Assembly: GCF_963921235.1 (NCBI RefSeq)
Contig: NC_086102.1
Span: 20,150,001-20,214,000, forward strand
Reading direction: 5' to 3'
From: Mobula hypostoma
Taxonomy: Eukaryota
DNA length: 64,000 bases
Shown: positions 25,670-39,299 of the stretch, in pieces
Layout: the number at the start of each line of letters is the position of its first letter
Numbering within the stretch: position 1 is the first letter of the stretch
Made by a program: the position numbers and the translations under genes
The notes under the pieces: model-generated
Database searches by the model: none
What the model was told of the DNA's origin: nothing
What the model saw: the letters and a program-made list of their open reading frames with translations, nothing else

Positions 25670-26750
25670 CCACAGCAGACCTAACCTCCATGTTCATTGC
25701 TGTCAAACAAGAATGTGTTATTGCCCCAACACTTTGTGCAGTCTTTCTTGCTGTATTGTTGCACATTGCTCCCTACCTAACTAAAACCAATCTACAGGAT
25801 AAATGGAAAACTGCTCAGTCCCAATCAGGAATCAATCCCAATGTCAATTTCAATCAGGAATCAAGGTCAGCCCCAGTGTCAGTCACTGAGCTGCAGACAA
25901 CATCTACCTATGCATATGTCCTGACGCTGATTGAACCAATCAAAGACTTTTGTGGGGTTACATTCCTCATGTCCTAGAAGTCAAGCCTTAGCAAAGGCAG
26001 ATATCGCACAGATATCTCATAAAGAAATTCACCCTTAACATCAGTGAACCAGCACAACCTTGGACCGTCTGAGGAAAATTGTGACTTATAGGTGAAGACG
26101 TCAACCCAAACAAAACCACATGGGCTTCCCTGCTCTTCCGTACACTTTCAAGAAAAGAACAACCTATAGCAGCACTTGAGAGCACCGAAAAGGTACACCC
26201 AATGCTACTAGCTCTGAAAAAAAACCTCTATATTGACTGGTAGGTGATGAACAAATGTCAGGCTCCTCTCCCAGGTCAACATCCTCATCATAGAGACCTT
26301 AATTACACTGATTAGTTCATTCTCATGGTTGACTTCAGACTCCAAGGGCAAATATTCCAAGTTGTTCATAGGAAGAAACTACCAGATGTCAAAGGAAAAG
26401 ATTCACTAATGATCTAAAAGCCTCCTTAAAAAAAACTCTTAGGAATTCCTGGTCCATGATGAGAATGGAGAAACATTTAGGGATGGCAATGATATCCTCC
26501 AGAACATACAGTGGGAGTACACAGAAGTCCAGCATAAATAGTGAAGAAAGAGCATCTCCTCCCAAATTAGTCATAGCGTTGCACAGCAGAGAAACACATT
26601 CATGCCAATCTTTCTGCTGAACTACTGTACTTTTTTGTCTGTCCATTCAAGTACCTCCTGCCTCACCTCTGGCAGGGTCCTGTTGGCCAGCTTAAACCCA
26701 CAGCACTACATTAGAAGTGAGTCACCCTTCATCCCAAGGAATAGCCAAAA
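25670..26750 (+). mobile_element. Degraded RTE-clade LINE remnant
   Basis: VKQECVIAPTL resembles the RTE motif GVKQGCVLAPTLF. Downstream collinear decay. Confidence 0.6.
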
Positions 26751-27014
26751 AAAAATTTACTTGCTCAAGATACCAGGGAGGTCATCGTGAAACTCAGTAG
26801 CAGTTGCTCTAAGGAAAGCTTTAAAATAATGATGAAGGAGTAGAGCCACACAATATTATACATTTTTTAAAAATCACCTGACATTCATGGAAGAGTCAAG
26901 GAAATTTGATCCTTTTTAATCAGTTTTGTCATTAATTTGGAATATCGTCACGCTTACAATTTTCAAGCCTCTTCTTATGAATTGAGTTTTAAATGTAGCC
27001 AGTAATTTGTAACA

Positions 27015-27240
27015 CAAACAGAAGAAAATCTGCAGACGCTGGAAATCCAAAGCAACACACACAAAATGCTGAAGGAACTCAGCAGATCAGGCAGCATCTG
27101 TCGAAAAGAGAAAACAGTCGACGTTTTGGGCCGAGATCCTTCTTCAGGACTGAAGTGTCTCGGCCCGAAACATCGACTGTTTACTCTTCTCCATAGATGC
27201 TGCCTGATCTGCTGGGTTCCTCCAGCTTTGTGTGCGTGTC
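27015..27240. mobile_element. Inverted-pair Penelope-derived repeat (similar: 30358-30560, 50237-50462, 51450-51650, 9090-9240)
   Basis: ACACACAAAATGCTG...GCAGCATCT...CAGTCGACGTTT arm followed by its reverse complement. Confidence 0.8.
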
Positions 27241-28479
27241 TCCCCAGTACTTTGTAAGTTTAATACAAATATTACCATCTCTATTGTTATGTTATTCTTT
27301 GGGTGGCAAGGAAACATAGCAGTTAGCGTGATGCTATTACAGCACCAGCGAGCCGGATTCAGGTCCCCCCCACTGTCTGTAAGGAGTTTGTCCATTCTCG
27401 CTGTGACCACATGGATTTCTTCTGGGCGCTCCAGTTCCTTTCCATAATTTAAAGAATAAATGAGTTAGTATGTTAACTGATCACTTGGGTGTACTTGGGC
27501 AGCACAGGCCTGTTAGGCTAGAAGAGCCTGCTACTGTGCTGTATCTCTAAATTTTTAAAAATATTTCAAAAAACAGGAGTCGTAGCTTAGACTGTTAAAT
27601 AAATGGCCTCCTTTCATGCTATTTAATCCTCTTGCATCACATCACCATCTCACAGAGTAAGATATTTCAGTCTGTAGCCAACTCACTGAAAAAAGTAATG
27701 CAGTGTAATCTTATATTGCGATAGCCCCCTATGATCAAAGATTGCCAAGAGGTGAGGGTGGGGGCAAGTTTAGATCTATTCCTCATTCCTCATCCACCAC
27801 ACCGATCCTTAAAATCTTTGGACACATGATCTGATTCTGTTTGTTTTAAACTTCTGAGTAAATCATTAGACTGGGACACAGCTCTGTGATGGAAACTTTG
27901 TTTGTTTGGCTGCTTTATCTAAAAGCTGTGATGACAGTGCAAAGCCGGCTGAATTGTCTGTGCCCTGTGTAAACTACGATAGGCTTGGGCTTAGGTGAAA
28001 ATTTTGTAGGAACACACTGATTGAAAAGCCATGGTGAAAACTACGGAGATAATGATCAGCAACCTATTTCACTTGCACCCCTCAGATCAGTAAGGCCATC
28101 ACTTTACAGTTGCTCTGTATACTGAATGATCACAATCTAATAGCCTTAATGGAGACCAAACAACACCAACCACAACTATGTTAATATCAATCAACCAGTA
28201 GGGAAATTTATGAACTAACATCTTATAATCTATCATCTCAGGCAATTTAGAACATGACATTACCCAGAAATTTCACCTTATCCCATGTTTTACAGTTTGA
28301 AGTCATATGGCTATTTCCTAAGTAGAAATAACAAAATTCACTCAGATGAATTATCGTGTATGTTTGACCTGCAGCTGTACAACTCAATCTCAAGTATCAA
28401 CTGACCAGCAGGAACTGGTCTGTGGAGAACTTTTCTTTTCATTTCCCATTGCTTTAAAAATAGTTTTATAGTAATGAGA

Positions 28480-29260
28480 TCACTGCCACAAGAAAGCAGC
28501 GTCCATCATCAAAGACCTCCCCACAAACCCCCTAACATCCAGGCCATGCTTTCTTCTCACTGCTGCTATCGGGAAGCAAGTACTGGAGCCAGGTTCAGGA
28601 ACAATTATTCCCTTTCAACCATCATGCGCCTGTCCCAGCGTGGATAACTTTACTCACCGCAAATCGAAACTGATTCTAGCAAGCTCCGCTTATGAATTTC
28701 TCCTCAATTTTTAGATAACTATTTTATCTGAATGCCCATTCTCCCTCACAACTGTATATGCCCACCACGGGTAAAGCCCACCCCATCATAGCGCACATCG
28801 ACATGAAACATAGACACAGGAAAGCAGCATCCATCATCAGGGATGCCCACTGCCCAGGACATGCTCTAGTCTCCCTGCGGCTATCACGAAATAAGCACAG
28901 GAGCCTTAGGACTCACACCACCAGGTTCAGGAACGGTTATTACCCGTCAACCATCAGGCTCTTGAACCAGAAGGGATAACTTGACTCACCTTCACTTGTC
29001 CATCATTGAAATGTTTCCACAACCTATGGACTCATTTTCAAGGATTCTTCATCTCATGTTCTCTGTATTTATTGCTTATTTATTTATTTATTCTTACTTT
29101 GCACAGCTTGTTGCCTTTTGCACACTGGTTGAACACCCGAGTTGATTCCATTATGGTTATTATACTATTATGGATTTATTGAGTATGCCCACAAAGTGAA
29201 TCTCAGGGTGAATCTCATGGTGACATATATGTACTTTGATAATAGTCTGACTTTAAACTT
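28480..29260 (+). mobile_element. Rex1/Babar-like 3' fragments
   Basis: ORF 28758-28979 (RKAASIIRD.HCPGHALVSL..S...RS..T.TTRFRN.YYP). Confidence 0.8.
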
Positions 29261-31664
29261 ATGCCTATAACCCAACAATGATATTTCAGCCTAGCATTAT
29301 TTCCCTGGTATGTATGGCTGCATTTCTGGAGTCAAACTTGTAAATTTGTCTGCATTCTCTCCAGTGTCTCCCCATCACTTTTACAGAATAGTGACCAAGG
29401 TTAAAGACATCTCTCCAAGGTTTCGCACAAGATTAGCATCGCTCTTCTACTTTTCAATTCCATCACCCCAGAAACAAACCCTGATTATTTTGCTTCTGAG
29501 GGGGTTTATAAAGCTGAATATCCACATTTATGATTTGTGTATCTATTCTGATACACTTTGTTGCCTAACCCACTTATATACATTTTATTTTCAGGGTGTT
29601 GTGTGTATTAGCAGAACATAAAACCTTACATTTATCTAATACTGTATCCATTTAAAAATATCCACCCATTTTGTAAAGTTGTAAGTGACCTTCTATAATG
29701 AGTTGGATCCTCCTCAGTGGCAACCTACCTCATTTTATAGTTTGTGCCAGTTTACACATTAGGTTTTAATTTCACATTAATTATTGATTTAAATTGTGAT
29801 CTCAACATTCCACCTACTACCCTTTAACCCTAATCTGTTTTCTTTCTCAAGGCCATCTGGGTATCAGTTACTACTTGTCCCCTGGTGCTCTGGCTATATT
29901 AATCCATTATGCGGAGCCTTACTGATGGCCTTTTGGAAATCAGATACATTACATGTACTGCATTGCCCTTGCTGGACTGTCTGTCACCTCTTCAAAGAAT
30001 TCAGTGGCATTTGGTCATGAAAATCTTTCCCTTTTGAAATCATTATATCTTTCTCACTTCATGAAGATCCCTCATTTTCCCTACTCTGATCATTATACTG
30101 ATAAGTCCTCCCTCTTAAATGTAGACATGACATTAGGTACCTGCAGTTCCACTATAGATTTATTATACGGTTGTTAAATATGTGTAATAGTGCTGCTGTT
30201 ACCATTTATTTCAAAACATGCAGATCTGATGTTTTTGGACTAGAAGCTTTATCCTGTAGGGTTTGAATATCTTTTCCTTTCTAATTCACCTCTATTTATT
30301 TTAAATGTTATGACATAATTTATGTTATCTTCTGAAAATACACCTACCTTATCTGTCTCAACAACACACACAAAATGCTGGAGGAACTCCATAAGTCAGG
30401 CAGCCCCAGTGGATGGGAATTAATAGTCGACAAAGGGTCTCGGCCCAAAACATCAGCTGTTTATTCCCCTTCATATAGATGCTGCCTGACTTGCAGAGTT
30501 CCTCCAGCATTTTATGTGTGTTGCTCAAGATTTCCAGCATACGTGGAATCTCGTGATTACGATTTGCACTTTATCTGTCTGCCTGGTGGACATAGAATTA
30601 AGTAATTATTTAATATTTACACTATTTTCTTTTGTATTTCCCACTACTGAGCTCAACTTACTACTTTTATTTGTGTTTCTTAGCTGTGATCTGTCTTATT
30701 CACTTCAATTGGATGGGGTTTCTGGCCATAATATGATATGTGATAATAGTAGGTTCCCTCTGTTGGAGGAAATAGCTATGCTGGCCTTTACATTAGTAAG
30801 AATATCTCGACCCCTTGCTACTCCCACCCACCAATAATCACTTGAAGACTGATGCGTCCTTGGTCTCTTCCTAAGCCTGTAACAGGCATTGAGAATTTTT
30901 TTTAAAAAGGGAAACATCACATGACTGACAGGCCTTTTGGTTCAGTGATAACTCTTGAGTCAGATCGCCACAGGCTCAGGCCCCAGTCACTTGAACATTT
31001 AATCTTAGAAAACACTTCAGTCAAATACTGAGGGAGGACTGTTGTATGAGGGGTTCTGAACTTCAGATACATTACTAAACTGAAGTCACACCTCAGGTTA
31101 TTCTAAAAGATTCCGCTGCACTTTTCAAATTACACCATGCCGTTGTCAAACTGGTAACCTATCACCCCCCACCTCCCATGTAACTATTTTGAAAACTCAA
31201 AGGGCGGAAAAATATTGAGGGACATCATTAAAATCATTATATACATTATTTAAAAAAATGTCCTCATTGCTGTATATTGACATTGTTATAGCAGTAAGAA
31301 GAGGTCAATTATCATTCTACACATAGGATCATCATGTAGAACAAAGGAAGGGAGAAAATATTTACCAGACTGAACTGAGATCAATAAAGTCAATAAACTA
31401 TATTACACCATCTGGACAGGTGTTTGCCAATTACTGAGTTCTACCTCCCATCAATTCCAACATCACAATTAAGAGTGTCTTCCTAATATACCAAAATAAA
31501 ATGCCAGAAGATTTGATCTATTTTTAATTGTAATTCAGGACTCAAACCACAGTCAAAGCTTCACCCTTTTATAATCTTTAGATTGGTATTTGTATTTTCC
31601 CCTTAAGAAAACCATGCTGAGTGGTCACCATTCAAACTGGTTGCTATAACATACAATACTCCCG

Positions 31665-32272
31665 TTCTATGGATGTGCAGTAGAGAGTGCACTGACTAGC
31701 TGCATCACAGGCTGGTATGGAAACACCAATGCCTTTGGACGGAAATTCCTACAAAAGGTAATGGATTTGCCCCAGTACATCATGGATAAAGCTTTCCCAA
31801 CCATTGAGCATCCCTACATGAAATGCTGTCATAGGAAAGCAGCATCCATCATCAGCGATCCCCACTACTCAGACCATGCTCTTTTCCTGCTGCTGCTATC
31901 AGGTAGAAGGTACAAGAGCCTCAGGACTCAACACCACCAGGTTCAAGAACAGTTACTACCCCTCAACCATCAGGCTCTTGAACAGAGGGATAACTACACT
32001 CACTTGTTCATCCATTGCGATGTTCCCACAACAAACAATCTCACTTTAAAGATACTTTACCTTGTTATTTCATGTACTCCTTACTTATTGCTATTTATTT
32101 ATATTTCCATTTGCACTATTTGTTGGCTTCTGCACTCTAGTTGATCTTTGATTGATTCTGTTATAGTTACTATTCCACAGATTTGCTGAGTACGCCTGCA
32201 GGAAAATTAATCTCAGGGTTGTATGTGGTGACATACATGTACTCTGATAATAAAATTTACTTTGAACTTTCT
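31665..32272 (+). mobile_element. Rex1/Babar-like 3' fragment (another at 32735-33230)
   Basis: RKAASIISDPHYSDHALF.LL.SGRRYKS peptide and the family tail. Confidence 0.8.
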
Positions 32273-33259
32273 GTTACAACCCTACTAAAGAGTTAACTGG
32301 TCTGCCAAAGCTCATTTTCTGGTGCAGATGACAGGTCTGTTTGCTAGATTGTACATAACAGTCTACAGCAGCAATTGTTCTGAGAAACCAATGGCATATT
32401 GCCAACTTCACTGATGATACAAAACTAAACAGGATTGTAATTAGTGAGGAAGTTGTATAGAGAAGCCAAAAGGCTATGAATAAACTAAGGGAGCAGCAAG
32501 AACACAGTAAGTGGATTATAGAATGCAAAAACATTTTGCTGCACTAAACAGAAAAGGTATATATTTTTAAAACGGTGACAAAATGTAAAATGCTGACGCT
32601 CAACACATTCGTGCAAGCTACAGTGAATTGAATTGACTTTATTACTTACATCCTTCATATATATAGAGTAAAAATACTTACGTGAAAGCAGTTGCAGAAA
32701 AACAAATTTATGTTTAGCAATGTTGACTATGATCGTTGGCCTGGTGTGGAAATGTCAATGACCAGGAACAGAAAAATCCACGGAAAGTGGTGAATATGGC
32801 CCAATCCATCACAGGCAAAGCCCTCCCCACCATTCAGCACATTTACAAGAACCGCTGGCATCAGATAGCAGCATTCAACATCAAGGAGCCCCACCATCCA
32901 AGATATCTCTCTTCTCACTACCACCATCGGGCAGGAGGTACAGAAGCCTTGGGTCCAAGAACAGCAGAATTACGAACAGTTATTACCCTAAAAATATCAG
33001 GCTTCCAAACCAGCGTGGATAACTTCATTCATCTCAAGTCTGAACTAATTCCACAACCTACAGAGTCACTTTCAAGGACTCTGCAACTCATGTTCTTAGC
33101 ATTATTTATGTATTTATTTATTTTAAATTTACACAATTCGCCCTCATCTGCACATTGTCTTTATGTTTAGTTTTCATAAATTTTATTTATTTTCCTGCAA
33201 ATGCCTGTAAGAAAATGAATCTCAAGGTAACTTATCAAAGTATGTACATGGTGACTTAG

Positions 33260-35000
33260 TCATAGAGAAGTACAACACAGAAAGACCCTTCGTGCCATCT
33301 AGTCCCTGTCAAAAGCATTTAAGCTGCCTACTCCTGTCAACCTGCACTGGGATCATAGCCCTCCATACCTCTGCTGTACATGTACCTGTCCAAATTTCTC
33401 TTAAACATTGGAATCAAGATCATGTGGACCACTTGTGATGGCAGCTCATTCCACACTCTCAGGACTCTCTGAGTTAAGAAGTTTCCCGTCATGTTCCCCT
33501 TACACCTTACGCCAAGACCTCTGGTCGTAGTCCCATCCAACCTCAGTGGAAAAAGCCTGCTGCATTTACCCTATCTATACCCCTCACAATTTTGTGCACT
33601 TGCCTCCCATAGTGTCTGAGGGAACACCTTGTCAGGCCCTGGGGATTTATCCACCCTGATTTGCTTCAGGGTAGCAAACACCTCCTCCTCTGTAATCTGT
33701 ACAGGGTCCATGATGTCGATGCCACTTTGCCTCACTTCTACAGACTCCGTATCCGGCTCCGGGGTAATTACAGATGTAAAGAATGCATTTAAGATTGCCT
33801 CCATCTGTTTTGGCTATACAATTTTGTCCCTTGCAATCCTTTTGCTCTTAACATACCTGTAGAATCTCTTAGGATTCACCTTCACCTTGTCTGCTAGAGC
33901 AACATCATGTTTTCTTTTAGCCTTCCTGATTTCTTTCTTAAGTGTTCTCTTGCAATGTCTTATACTCCATAAGCACCTCATTTGTTCCTACCTGCTATAC
34001 ACCTTTTTTTCCTCTTAACCTGGGCCTCAATATCTCTTGAAACCCAAGGTTCCCTACTCTCGGTAACTTTACCTTTTATTCTGAAAAACACATACAAGCT
34101 TTCTACTCTCAAAATTTTGTTTTTGAAGGCCTCCAACTTTCCAAGTACACCTTTGTCCAGAAAACAGCCTGTCCCAATCCACACTTGGAGAACCTTCTCC
34201 GATTTAGAATCTCAAACCGCTGACCAGACCTATCTCTTTGCATACTTACTTTGAAAATAATGCCGTTATGGCCATTGGATAAAAGGTGTTCCCCTATACA
34301 AACTTCTGTAAGCCGCCCTGTCTCATTCCCTAATAGCAGATCTAGTTTCACATGCTCTCTCATTGGGACCTCTACATACTGATGGAGGACACTTTCCTGA
34401 ACACATTTGACAGGCTCTATCCCATGTAGTTCTTTTACAGTATGGGACTTCCAGTCAAAACCACCTACTATAACCACCTATTTTTTTTTGCAACAATCTG
34501 CAATCTCTTTACAAATGTGTTCCTCTAAATCCCTAGGATAGCTGTTAGTCTGTAACATAGCCCCATTAACATGGCCATACTTTTATTACTTCTCAGTTGC
34601 ACCCACAATGCCTCACTTAGTCAAGTTCTCCAGTCTGTCCTGATGGAGCACTGCCATGACATTTTTCCTGACTAGTAACATCACCCCTCCTCCTTTAATC
34701 CTTCCCACTGAAATATCTAAAACAACAGAACCACTGAATATTGAGCTGCCAGTCCTGCCCCTCCTGCAACCAAGTCTCACGAATAGCAACAACATCATAA
34801 TTCCAGGTGTTGACCCATGCCCTGAGGGCAACTGCCTTTCCACGACACCCCTTGCTTTGAAATATACACACTTCAGGATGCTAGTCACACCATTCTCAAG
34901 CTTCTGATTCCTGACTTTGTCTGAGGTCTTACCAACATTTGCCTCGACAACACTGTTCTGGCTCTCTGGTTCCCATCTCCCTGCAGCTCTAGTCTAAACC
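33260..35000 (-). mobile_element. Internally deleted CR1 LINE (endonuclease region joined to the 3' end)
   Basis: Minus ORFs 34613-34888 (GGGVMLLV), 34109-34477, 33571-33804 (KSPGPD) and 33337-33540 (FLTQRV..VWNELP). Confidence 0.85.
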
Positions 35001-36379
35001 CCAAACTACATACATGTATTTTGAGAATAAATTTACTCTACCACTGCAAGAGGATGTGTGTCTTTCTGCAGTTACACGGGGTCTTGGTAACACTGCACCT
35101 CAGGTCTGGTGTAGTTTTGGTCTCCTTAAAAATAGATGTCCCTGCCTAAGAAAGAGTGTTACAAAGATTCACCAGAGAAGTTGCCGACATGGTGATCTTT
35201 ACAAGGAGTCTCAGTAGACTGGGATTTTGAGAAGACTTGAGAATAGGGGTGGCATACATTTTTGAAAGTGTGCCCAAAAATTCTCTCACTTGTTATGTTC
35301 AGTTTGAGCAGATTATTATTGATTAATGAATTAGTAACAATAATTATGAGTTTTTTTATTAAACTTATTTTTATGTATTTAATTGTTTTACTATTAATAA
35401 AATTACAACAGAGACAGATTGAAATAAATGAAGCATTTCAGAAAACTAGTGTAAAAAAATTAATCCTTTAAAAAAACAATCGAAAAATAACAGTTTCTAA
35501 ACAGGATTGTTATATTAACCATTTACTATCCAAATACTGATGTGCACACCAGGTTTGTAGATTATCATCCAGTGTTCTCGCAACCGTTAATCTGGCACCA
35601 AGCTGGAGCTGCATGACACGGTTTCTTGTGAAAGCATCTCACTCTACTCAGGTTGTAAAAAAAAATCTGTTGCTTCATTTGGCAATAAAGGTAATCACCT
35701 TTATTGTGGGTGGAGTTTAATTAATTACAAGGCAACACTGCATACTGTGTACCAACAAAAATTTTGTGCATGCCATCTTGGGGACAAGTGATAAAGGTTC
35801 ATCACCCCATGAGTTTAGAACTTAGACAAATGAGAGATCTCAGACACTTTAAAAAAATCTAATATATAGGTTGGATGCAGGCCAGATAGTTATCTTATCT
35901 ATGAGTTCTAAAACTAGTGGTGACAGTCTCAAAATAAGGAACAGGAATGAAATGAGAAAAAAACATTTGGCTAAAGGTAACAAATGTGACCTGAGGAGCC
36001 TCAGTCATCGAGTACATTCAAAACAAAGATTGATAGATTCTGGATATTAAGGGAATCAAGAAATATGGGAATATTGCAGGAAAATTGTACTAATGTAGAT
36101 CATCATAAATGGAAGAGGAGGCTCAACATATTCCTGCCTCTAATTCTTATGTCTGATGTCAGGCACGAAAATGACTGATGCTTTTGTGTCTCTAAAACTA
36201 TTAATCCCTATGCAGAGTTAACTTATGTGATCACTAATGGAAAACAAAATGGACTCAATATGACACATTCAATAAAAAATTCTTAGTTGAGTATTTGGAA
36301 CATTACTCAGAAAATATCGAACAACTCGAAGGGAAGGATAGTATTATTTTAATAGTTTCACAAAGTTTTTGACCAGTAC

Positions 36380-36860
36380 TACCAGGAGTGATTGATAAGT
36401 TTGTGGCCTAAGGTAGGAGGAGTCAATTTTAGAAAACCTAGCACATTTATTTTTCAGCATAGTCCCCTCCTACATTTACACACTTAGTCCAGCGGTCGTG
36501 GAGCATATGGATCTTAGACCTCCAGAAAGTGTCCACGGCAGGGGTGATTGATAAGTTTGTGGCCTAAGGTAGAAGCAGATGAGTTATACAGCTCTCGTTA
36601 CATGCACATGCAGTTCAACTCTTTGAGTGATTAAGCAGAAAGTTTGAAGTTATTAACTCATCTCCTTCTACCTTAGGCCACAAACATATCAATCACCCCT
36701 GCTGTGGACACTTTCTGGAGGTCCAAGATCGGTATGCTCCACGACCCCTGGACTAAGTGTGTAAATGTAGGAGGGGACTATGTTGAAAAATAAGTATGCT
36801 AGGTTTTCTAAAACTGACCCCTTCTACCTTAGGCCACGAACTTATCAATCACCCCTCGTA
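36380..36860. mobile_element. Tc1/mariner-type MITE with about 205-bp inverted arms and TA target duplication
   Basis: TA|CCAGGAGTGATTGATAAGTTTGTGGCCTAAGGTAG...CTACCTTAGGCCACGAACTTATCAATCACCCCTCG|TA. Confidence 0.88.
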
Positions 36861-39299
36861 GGTAGCTGGTGCTCATTTATTGTCAGAAGGGAAGGTGATT
36901 TGAACTAGTAAATAACCATCATAGACCAGATGGCTCCAGTTTGTCTCTTCCTAGCCATTAGCTTTATCCATCATCATAACATTTCAACAATTTTAACTAA
37001 ATGACAGAGACTGCCTTCAGCAAGAATGATAAAATCTTCTAGTGGGATTTAAGGTTCTGCTACTGCTCTCCCATCCCCTCAGGTAACAGTAGGTCACCTG
37101 CCATACTCTAAACTATGGCCTTGAAGACAAAGAATATGTAGTCATGATATATTTTATACACATTTTACACCATGCATACAGCCATGTTTTTCCATTGAAA
37201 TCCAAATTGTTTTCTTAAAATATTGTGAAAGGACTTGCACAATATCTGTTTTTATGTTCCTTTAACCTATTAGCCCAGGTTAACTTCATTCTCTAAGTTT
37301 AAGGATCCAATACATGTCTCGCTGATCATCTTCTGCATGAATTTGAGAGGCTTAAGATCTAGATGTGATTTACGGGGACCCTGAAGGTAATTGATATTCA
37401 GCCATGAACTTTTGACTATAAAGCTAGCAAACTGTTAAAAAAAAGTAAAAACCAACAGAGTTAAGATTCTTTTGTATAGAAGTAGATCTGGGAGCCTTAC
37501 ATGTTCCCTACATATGATTAGGTGTTTACATTAACGAATATAAGTGTACAGTGGATCTAATACAATGGTCACAGGGTATATTAAATAAATCGGAGATCAA
37601 TTCATGAATAGGGCAGTCAATGATATTCCAACTATTGTGTCCTAGGTTGAAAACTAATGTAACTAAAGATTCTGAAACCCAAGTAAAATCTACTGCTTGT
37701 AATCATCAGAAAATCTTCTGCAACAATGGACATCAAGTAAACTTCCAATATTTACATCCAGGGTTATAGCCTTTCTGCCACTTTACACAACTATTTTCCA
37801 GAAGCTATTTAAAAACAAATTATTTTACTGATAATATGAACCAACAATCCAGTGGCCAACAAAAAATTTCTTCTTAAAACAGGAAAAATGCTATTAATTA
37901 AAAGCATAATCATTTGTCAAAATAAGTCACTGTACCAACATACTACATTGCAGTCGTTAAAATAAAATTCTCACTTAAATTGTTAATTGTAAACTTAGAT
38001 GTCAGATACTTGCTCTTTTGTTCATAAAACAGATCTAGATGAAGAATGAATTCAAAAAAACTTATTACTAAAATCATCTGATTAAAAACTTTTATTAAAT
38101 TGAATTTGCTCTTCGTACCTATTTACATTTCATAATTCATTTTATTGAGCTTCTTGCGTTTTCAATACAAAAATAAACTTTGAATGATCAGAGATTGGCT
38201 ATTTACTCAAGACCTATGGGCAGAAAAATGATGACCATAATGCACCTGATTCTTTTCTCCTCCCTATCAGGATCCCAGTTGCAAACTGCACCGAAATTTG
38301 ATTTCCTCCCCTCCTTCCTGAACCAAAACTCAAAATTCACCATCTCAGGAGCTGCATTTTAGCCCTAGCAGTTCAGACCCTAGAGCAATTTTGTCCTATT
38401 TTCATTTATCTGCTTCTTTATTGATTCCTCCTGTATGAATTTTGAAGTTCAAAGAATAAGACAATGCTGTACACTGCTATGCATACCTTCCAATCAGATA
38501 TTAGATAGTGTAAGTGAAAATGCTTAACTGTATTCACAGCAAACATTGTTGGAAGAACAGCTGTACTTCCTTTTCAAAGTTGTTAACACACTACCATTGT
38601 CTCGAACAATGACCTCACCTGGCCATAATTGCTTGCAGCAGTCCAGTAGTATAGTATTTGCGTAACTAGGAAGGAATATGAATGCTACTAATTGGAAGAT
38701 TAGTTTTTTCATTATTTTCTCCTGCCAACTTTACCCCAAATCTGTATAACATATAGGCGAATTTTGAGATATTAAGTACAAGAAAATGTCCCTGGAGAAA
38801 ACACAAGATTAAACACTTGAACACCCTGGTCTTAATGTCATCTAAAGGCTGGGATGCAAAGTAGTCAATAGTTATTGCTATGGTAAACACAAGTGATTCT
38901 GTAGATGCTGGAGACCTTAAGCAACACACACAAAATGCTGGATGAACTCAGCAGGTCATCAATGGAGGAGAATGCACAGACAACATTTCTGGCCAAGGTC
39001 CTTCAGCAGATTTGGAACAGAAGGTTGGGGAGGAGGGAGAAGCCGGAATAACAGTTATTGCTATGGTCTTGCAGCTACAACTTGTGGTACCTCATGATAT
39101 GGTGCATCCATGCTGTGGTCTGAAGGATGGAAACACATCCATATTTAACAAAGTACCACGTTCAATAAAAGGAGCAACTGTAGCTGCTTGTCCTGCTGGC
39201 AACAGCTCAAATGTATGCTTATTAGCAGTCCAGGATTACTTTCAATTCAAATTACCTTAAGCTCAGGCACACTGTAGTTACAGACATAAAACTGAACAT

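Noticed and set aside
38524-38712. CC chemokine
   Set aside because: CC chemokines normally have the first intron before the CC pair, and no downstream exons with the third and fourth Cys were found. Kept only as an orphan exon candidate.
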